From: Faecousia sp.
Lineage (GTDB): Bacteria; Bacillota; Clostridia; Oscillospirales; Oscillospiraceae
Assembly: GCA_051867075.1 (NCBI GenBank)
Contig: JBJDYG010000017.1
Span: 3,747-67,746, forward strand
Length of the DNA stretch: 64,000 nucleotides
Reading direction: 5' to 3'
Positions 58,278-64,000 of this stretch are shown here, one piece after another; the first letter of the stretch is position 1, and each line of letters starts with the position of its first letter. A model generated the notes under the pieces. That model was not told where the DNA came from. It ran no database searches and saw nothing but the letters and a program-made list of their open reading frames with translations. Position numbers and translations under genes: made by a program.

Positions 58278-58904
58278 TTATATCCCTAAAAACCGTCTAT
58301 ATTCTGTCGTCGTTCCCGACCTTACTTTCGGGTTATATTTCATAATAAAGAGTTCAAGGGTTTCCTTCAGCGTTTCTATCTGAGATTTCAAATAGAATTC
58401 ATCCTCAAACAGTGCGTAGTGAACGCAGGCTCTGATTAGAATGAATATCAGCGGCGTCAGCTTTTCGTAGGGAATACCAAGCTTGCTCTCTAAACTTTTT
58501 GCGTATTGCGTATAACGCTTATCTACGCCCGCGAAGAATTTCTGACCGTATTCTCTGTATTTCGGGTGGGTATAGACCTGATACATCAGGCGGTATTTCT
58601 TTCCGTGCTGTTTTGCCGTCCAGTAGGGTATCTCGTCAATAAACCGCCATAGGTTCTCAACACCTGTGGGGGCTTTCGCCATAAAATCATCTTCTACCTT
58701 GCTCATACAGTATTCAGTGGATTGGATGATAAGGTCATCCAAATCCTTGAAATATGTATAAATCAAAGATGTGTTATATCCGCAATGTTTCGCCAAGGAA
58801 CGAATACCGGTGCCGTGCAAACCCAACTCTGCAAAGCCGTTAAAGCACTTTTCCATAAGCTCAACTTTTTTAGCATTCCATTGTTCGTCTGTATAATTCG
58901 CCAT
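58278..58904 (-). CDS. TetR/AcrR family regulator
   Basis: FAELGLHGTGIRSLAKHCGYNTSLIYTYFKD HTH. Confidence 0.88.
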   Translation of the reverse strand: MANYTDEQWNAKKVELMEKCFNGFAELGLHGTGIRSLAKHCGYNTSLIYTYFKDLDDLIIQSTEYCMSKVEDDFMAKAPTGVENLWRFIDEIPYWTAKQHGKKYRLMYQVYTHPKYREYGQKFFAGVDKRYTQYAKSLESKLGIPYEKLTPLIFILIRACVHYALFEDEFYLKSQIETLKETLELFIMKYNPKVRSGTTTEYRRFLGI

Positions 58905-58991
58905 CTGTCAGTCTCTCTAATTCAAATCGTTCGTAATGAATAAAGTATAACATACATCGGATAAATAATCAATGTGTTACGCAATTATAAC

Positions 58992-59515
58992 ACGACGATT
59001 GCATGAATGCTTCCCTTAGTCTTATTTTCAAAGGGCATATTTTTTTAAGAATTGAGAACCACTTCAAGGAACCTTGTTGGGCGCAGACTGATAACGAAAC
59101 GTTTTCTCTTCATAGACAGTTTCTTCTCATACAGTTCTGTAGCTTTGAGAATGCTAAGACACCATTTTCTGATGATATTCAGGTTCTGTGCAGCGTTTTT
59201 GTCTATCGTTGCATTTGCATCTTCACGGAAGGTGACGTCCAAATGCCAGTGCATACTTTCAATACTCCAATGTCCACGGATCGCACGGCTGGCCAGTTCT
59301 ATATCTTCCGGAAGACTGCTTATAAAGTAACGATATTCAACACGCTCTATTTCTCCCTTTTTAAGTGTTTTCTTCTCCATTATGATACTTTTTAGCCCTT
59401 TCCACGCCCCTTTCTGCGTTATCCATTTAATATCCATTGTTTGGTAATACTCTCTTATTTCCAGCTGCCCATGTGCTTTTTCGGATGTCTTCTTGTAGGT
59501 TCCCTTTTCTGTACT
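58992..59515 (-). pseudogene. ISAs1-family transposase 3' remnant
   Basis: EKAHGQLEIREY...YRYFISSL...IRGHWSIESMHWHLDVTFRED; 5' part missing; end sequence CATGCAATCGTCGTG. Confidence 0.85.
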
Positions 59516-59681
59516 TTAGATGTCAGTATTCCTCAATATCTGATGCTGTCTGTCATATTGATCCCCATGATGTATCTTGAATATCAGAGGAGGAGAGCAT
59601 AATCATTACAGTACGGTATGAATAGCTGCCAAATTGATTCAATGTATGATAAGCGCGAAATCAAAAAGGAGGTATTACACC

Positions 59682-59756
59682 ATGTATCGAAAAGTCATTG
59701 TCTTTCTTCTGACCATCCTTGTTGTGATCGCCATTGCAGGATGCTGGATACCGTAA
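59682..59756 (+). pseudogene. Lipoprotein signal-peptide stub
   Basis: AAGGAGG RBS; MYRKVIVFLLTILVVIAIAGCWIP*, a lipobox followed by a stop. Confidence 0.4.
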
Positions 59757-60213
59757 AAACAGTATGATCTACAGACACCGGCATCCCAACCGATCGAGTA
59801 AACAGAGCATATGCCGGATGCACCGCCTACAGAGATAGTGCTAGAAAGAAATAGAGCCAACGGTGACGAGCTGCTTTCGATCTCTAAATAAAACGGAGCG
59901 TTTTCAGAATAGACAGAAAATGGCTATACTCTAGCGCTGACCTATGTAGAAGTCTGTGCGCTCTGTAAGACGGAACACCCCGGACATTCAGGTGTCCGGG
60001 GCGTTTTGCGTCATTGCTTTCCAAACAAGGGGCTGCACCCTTGCACCGCTAAGCGGCTATCCTTGCATATCTGGCCAGCAGAAACGGTTTTGCAAATTGG
60101 GAATTGCATTTAACTTATGAACGCTATTGATTTTTTTGGAAAAAACGAGTATACTGTAATTACTGTTACAGAATATTCGTTACAGAATAAATATTACAGA
60201 TAGGAGGAGCATT

Positions 60214-60819
60214 ATGCCACCGAAAGCAAAATTTACAAAGGAACAAATCACAAAAGCTGCACTTGGCGTTGTTTCTGAAAAAGGGGCGCAGGCACTGACT
60301 GCTAAGGAGCTGGGTGCCGCTCTTGGCACATCCACCACCCCGATTTTTACAGTGTTCAATTCTATGCAGGAAGTTCAGGATGCAGTGATGCTCGCCGCTA
60401 TGGAGCGATTTGAAGAATACGCACACAAAGCCGCAGATTCAGGGCCTGTTTTTAAGCAGGTGGGTATGCAGATGATTCTGTTTGCGAAAGCAGAGCCAAA
60501 GCTGTACCAGCTCATTTTTATGTCTTCCATCAGCAAAGCACAGACCTTTGAGGATATTTACGCTCGCCTGGGTTCGGTTGCCGATGAATGCCTGGATGTA
60601 CTTCAAAAAGACAATAATTTGAGCAAAGACAATGCAAAAACGCTGTTCGAGCATGTTTGGATTCACACATTCGGCATCGGCGCTCTTTGCGCCACCGGTA
60701 TGTGCGATTTCTCCCATGAACAGATCGCCGAGATGCTGACACAGGATTTTACCGCCATGATGATGCTGATGAAATCCGGTAAATCCAGTCAGCCTACGAC
60801 GCAAAAGACGAAGGGATAA
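60214..60819 (+). CDS. TetR/AcrR family regulator (WHG-type)
   Basis: MPPKAKFTKEQI...LTAKELGAALGTSTTPIF; WIHTFG; upstream dyad ctgtaa-N6-ttacag at 60154-60171. Confidence 0.88.
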   Translation: MPPKAKFTKEQITKAALGVVSEKGAQALTAKELGAALGTSTTPIFTVFNSMQEVQDAVMLAAMERFEEYAHKAADSGPVFKQVGMQMILFAKAEPKLYQLIFMSSISKAQTFEDIYARLGSVADECLDVLQKDNNLSKDNAKTLFEHVWIHTFGIGALCATGMCDFSHEQIAEMLTQDFTAMMMLMKSGKSSQPTTQKTKG

Positions 60820-60822
60820 CTT

Positions 60823-62010
60823 ATGAAACTACTGAAAAACATACTAACTATACTACTATGTGCGGCAGTGTTACTGCTTGCCGTCTTTCTGATTGGCAGA
60901 TACGGCTGGAAACTGGTCGGCTTCCGTGCCTGCGAAAGCGCCGGAATCCAACAGGTGAATGTAGAAGAAAAACAAGTTCAGATTCATGGTTTTTACCCCG
61001 GCTCTTTCCCACAGGGGTTCTTGGGATACCATGCAGAACAGGTGGATAGCACCCTATATGTGGGATTTAAGTTCAGTGGCGTGTTCGGCTTTTTTGAAAC
61101 CGGGGATTTTGATATTACAATTCCTACCAACGGAACCGTCTCGCAGGTCGTGGTCAAAAGCGGTGAACAGGAATATCCCATCTGGCCCGAAGAAGAGGAT
61201 CCGCTTCTTCGGGATACGCAGGCAGCGGAAAACGGAATCTATGTCTATTTGGAGCGAGACGATGTGTATTCCGTGGACTGGCATTTTGAAAACCAAAGCG
61301 GCGGTATGGCGAATGCGGACGGTACTGCACTGGAAGACAGAAAAAATATCTACTTGGATAATGATATTTTCTTCGCGGCGGCGAATCAGGAACGCCCGGT
61401 TCCTGTTATGCTGACATTCTCTGATAAAGACGGAACGCCCATTGCCCGGACGAATACCAGCTTTGATTCACAGTCGCCAACGCTCATTGTTACGCTGACA
61501 GCGGATACAAAAATCCTTTTGAATGGAGTCGAAGCGGAAGTCCCTGCCGTTCCGACTGTATATGAGCAGATTCTCGACCAGTATCACGCCGCGTTGGAAG
61601 AGAATTGGGATGGACAGCAGCTGACAGATGCGGGATTGAACCTCATGCTAAGAGATGTTGCACTGGAAACAGTGGGCTACGCCATAGATGATCTGGATGA
61701 TAACGGTATTCCGGAGCTTGCGATTGGAACGATTTCCGGGGATGACTTTTATGGGAGACTTATTTTCGCCCTCTACACAGTGGACAGTGACGGCGAACCC
61801 GTTTCGGTTTTCAGCAGTATCGAACGGGATCGTTACTATTACGCAGGGGGTAATCGGTTTGCCAATCTGGGTTCCTCATCTGCCGCTGACAGCTTTGTGA
61901 CTACCTTGAAGCTGGAGGGCGAAGGACTGGTGGATATGACCTTTACCACCGACCCGGCGGAGTATGTACAGATGGAACTGGTATCGATTATAGAATCAGA
62001 TGGGGAATAA
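60823..62010 (+). CDS. Membrane-anchored secreted hypothetical protein
   Basis: N-terminal TM helix, acidic ectodomain, DLDDNGIPEL EF-hand-like motif. Confidence 0.7.
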   Translation: MKLLKNILTILLCAAVLLLAVFLIGRYGWKLVGFRACESAGIQQVNVEEKQVQIHGFYPGSFPQGFLGYHAEQVDSTLYVGFKFSGVFGFFETGDFDITIPTNGTVSQVVVKSGEQEYPIWPEEEDPLLRDTQAAENGIYVYLERDDVYSVDWHFENQSGGMANADGTALEDRKNIYLDNDIFFAAANQERPVPVMLTFSDKDGTPIARTNTSFDSQSPTLIVTLTADTKILLNGVEAEVPAVPTVYEQILDQYHAALEENWDGQQLTDAGLNLMLRDVALETVGYAIDDLDDNGIPELAIGTISGDDFYGRLIFALYTVDSDGEPVSVFSSIERDRYYYAGGNRFANLGSSSAADSFVTTLKLEGEGLVDMTFTTDPAEYVQMELVSIIESDGE

Positions 62011-62086
62011 AAATTGTTCTCGTTATGAACGGATATGAGAATATCGTACTTCCCGTGGAACTGTACGATTTGAAGGAGGTTACTAT

Positions 62087-62596
62087 ATGAGCAAACAGAT
62101 ACGACAATACCTCGGTTTATTTACAGCAGTGCTGATTTATTACCTGATTCACGAAGGTGCGCATCTGATTTACGCGCTGTCTATCGGCGTGTTCCGCCAA
62201 ATCAACTTTATGGGGGTGGGGATTCAGGTCGATGTTTATGCGCAGCAGATGAGCAATCTTCAGATGGGTGTTTTCTGCCTGGTTGGTGCCGTTGCGACAA
62301 CCCTTGCAGCCTATGTATTGACTTTGGCGGCACCAAAAATCTGCAAGGCTTCTTCCCTGGTTTTCAAAGCCTGTATGTACTATATAACACTGATTATGCT
62401 GCTGTTGGATCCGCTGTACTTAAGTGTCCTGTGCGGCTTTTTCGGCGGCGGTGATATGAACGGAATCGCCCTGTTGCTCCCGGAAGTGGCTGCAAGAATC
62501 CTTTTCGGCGTGCTGCTTCTGATCCACGGCTTGGTATTCTGGAAAGTGATTCTTCCAAAATACAAAAGGGCTTTTTCCGAAAACGAGGTACAGTAA
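62087..62596 (+). CDS. HExxH membrane protein (M50-like), paralog of 307-816
   Basis: HEGAH; same 169-aa length; shared LYLSVLCG.FGGGDMNGIALLLPE. Confidence 0.75.
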   Translation: MSKQIRQYLGLFTAVLIYYLIHEGAHLIYALSIGVFRQINFMGVGIQVDVYAQQMSNLQMGVFCLVGAVATTLAAYVLTLAAPKICKASSLVFKACMYYITLIMLLLDPLYLSVLCGFFGGGDMNGIALLLPEVAARILFGVLLLIHGLVFWKVILPKYKRAFSENEVQ

Positions 62597-62737
62597 TTTA
62601 TGGAGAATACAAACATGAAAAAATAATGTAAATGCTTATCGAAATATCGAAGAAGAAGGATATATGGAAATTGATATCTGTTTTCCATTGAAATAATTCA
62701 TAATGAGGAATCTATTATCTGTAGAGGTGATTACAAA

Positions 62738-63340
62738 ATGAGGCGTATCATTATATACATACATGGCAAAGGCGGAAATGCAGAGGAAGCAAACCACTAC
62801 CGGCCTCTGTTTACTGGAAGTGATGTGATTGGTTTTGACTATACATCACAAAATCCATGGGATGCCCAAATTGAGTTTTCTAAGTTTTTTAATTCGTACA
62901 GCAAAGGCTATGATGAGGTTATTCTGATTGCAAACAGTATTGGCGCTTTCTTTGCAATGAGCACTCTTGCCGAAAAGAGTATTTCTAAGGCTTTGTTTAT
63001 TTCTCCTATTGTGAACATGGAGAAATTGATTGCCGATATGATGCTGTGGGCGAATGTTACAGAGGATGAATTGCAGAGCAAAAAAGAAATTCCCACGGAG
63101 TTTGGCGAAACCTTGTCCTGGGAATATCTGTGCTATGTGCGCAAGCATCCGATCAAATGGAACATTCCCACCTGCATTCTGTATGGTGGAAAGGATCACC
63201 TGACCTCCAGAGAAACCATATCCGAGTTTGCGGAAAAACAAGGCGCAGACCTTACCGTAATGGAGGATGGTGAGCACTGGTTCCATACCAATGCGCAGAT
63301 GCAGTTTCTGGACGATTGGATTCGCAGGTCTATTCCATAA
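62738..63340 (+). CDS. Alpha/beta hydrolase
   Basis: YIHGKGG, ANSIG nucleophile elbow, YGGKD, GEHWFH. Confidence 0.88.
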   Translation: MRRIIIYIHGKGGNAEEANHYRPLFTGSDVIGFDYTSQNPWDAQIEFSKFFNSYSKGYDEVILIANSIGAFFAMSTLAEKSISKALFISPIVNMEKLIADMMLWANVTEDELQSKKEIPTEFGETLSWEYLCYVRKHPIKWNIPTCILYGGKDHLTSRETISEFAEKQGADLTVMEDGEHWFHTNAQMQFLDDWIRRSIP

Positions 63341-63422
63341 CATTTCGATTGGAAGATAGCAAAAATGGTCGAGAGAATTCCAGGCACATTGTTGTAAAAT
63401 GGTTACGCCCGGAGGTGAGAAA

Positions 63423-64000
63423 ATGCAGGAACAAATTGAAGCGGTACAACGAATGCAGGAGTATATCGAAAAACATCTGCGTGAGAATATTTCTTTTGCG
63501 GATGTGGCAAAGGCATCGCTGTTTTCTCCATGGCACGCAAGGCGGTTGTTTTTGGAGTATACAGGTGTTACGCCGTCTGATTATATCCGAAAGCTGAGAT
63601 TAAAACAGTCTGCCCTCAAATTACGGGATGAAGATGTCAACATCCTGGACGTTGCGCTGGATTCCGGCTTTGGAAGCGTTGACGGATACCAAAGAGCCTT
63701 TCGTAAAGAGTTCGGCTGTAATCCAAGCGCCTATGCCGCCGATCCGATTCCCCTGCGTTTGTTCACCCCCTACGGCGTGAAATTTCGTTATATGGAAAGG
63801 AAGGAAACGACCATGGGTGCAAGAAATGTGTTTATTCAGGTAATCGACAAGCCGAAAAGAAAGGTTATTATCAAACGGGGAAAAACAGCCACGGAGTATA
63901 TGAAGTATTGTGAGGAAGTCGGCTGTGATATTTGGGGGCTGCTGGTGAGCATGAAATCCCTTTGCGGGGAGCCGGTATGCCTGTGGCTGCCGGAAGCGTA
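63423..64000 (+). CDS. AraC family regulator, partial (runs off the window; not in ORF track)
   Basis: GGAGG RBS; MQEQIEAVQRMQEYIEKHL...LFSPWHARRLF...ILDVALDSGFGSVDGYQRAFRKEFG. Confidence 0.9.
   Translation, partial: MQEQIEAVQRMQEYIEKHLRENISFADVAKASLFSPWHARRLFLEYTGVTPSDYIRKLRLKQSALKLRDEDVNILDVALDSGFGSVDGYQRAFRKEFGCNPSAYAADPIPLRLFTPYGVKFRYMERKETTMGARNVFIQVIDKPKRKVIIKRGKTATEYMKYCEEVGCDIWGLLVSMKSLCGEPVCLWLPEA

Larger units (their letters stand above)
51839..64000. mobile_element. Decayed integrative element / genomic island at the guaA 3' end; right end outside the window
   Basis: Starts at GAGTGGGAGTAA (guaA 3' ends are a known tyrosine-integrase target). TGATAAC direct repeats at ~51911-51928, a repressor/xis module and accessory cargo follow; AT content rises. 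Confidence 0.75.

Overview
Gut Firmicutes (Clostridia, Oscillospiraceae-like) chromosome with three blocks. (1) 1-~22,978 is the right-hand part of an integrative element. It carries a plus-strand mosaic of small accessory genes and gene stubs (Ntn hydrolase, acyltransferase, two ABC modules, MerR, SDR, GNATs, MATE, PfkB, MFS, two paralogous lipoproteins), followed by XRE, a sigma70-like gene, a small ORF and a large serine recombinase. The element ends inside spoVAD: only the 3' ~130 codons of spoVAD follow the junction. (2) ~22,979-51,850 is GC-rich core genome: 'spoVAD, spoVAE, an unannotated Asn-rich microprotein, addAB, spoIIR, ispE, an atypical kinase-FN3 protein, ssb, nth, a SpoVB-like flippase, pepD, secG, prfB without its frameshift, tRNA-Arg(CCT), pdxK and a GATase-less guaA. 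(3) 51,851-64,000 is a second, decayed island at the guaA 3' end. It has a repressor/xis switch with no integrase, a sigma-less partner-switching locus (2 STAS, PP2C-HATPase, MATE-HATPase fusion), TetR genes, an ISAs1 remnant and further accessory genes. No CRISPR or rRNA was seen. Family calls come from motif recognition in the translations, not from database searches.
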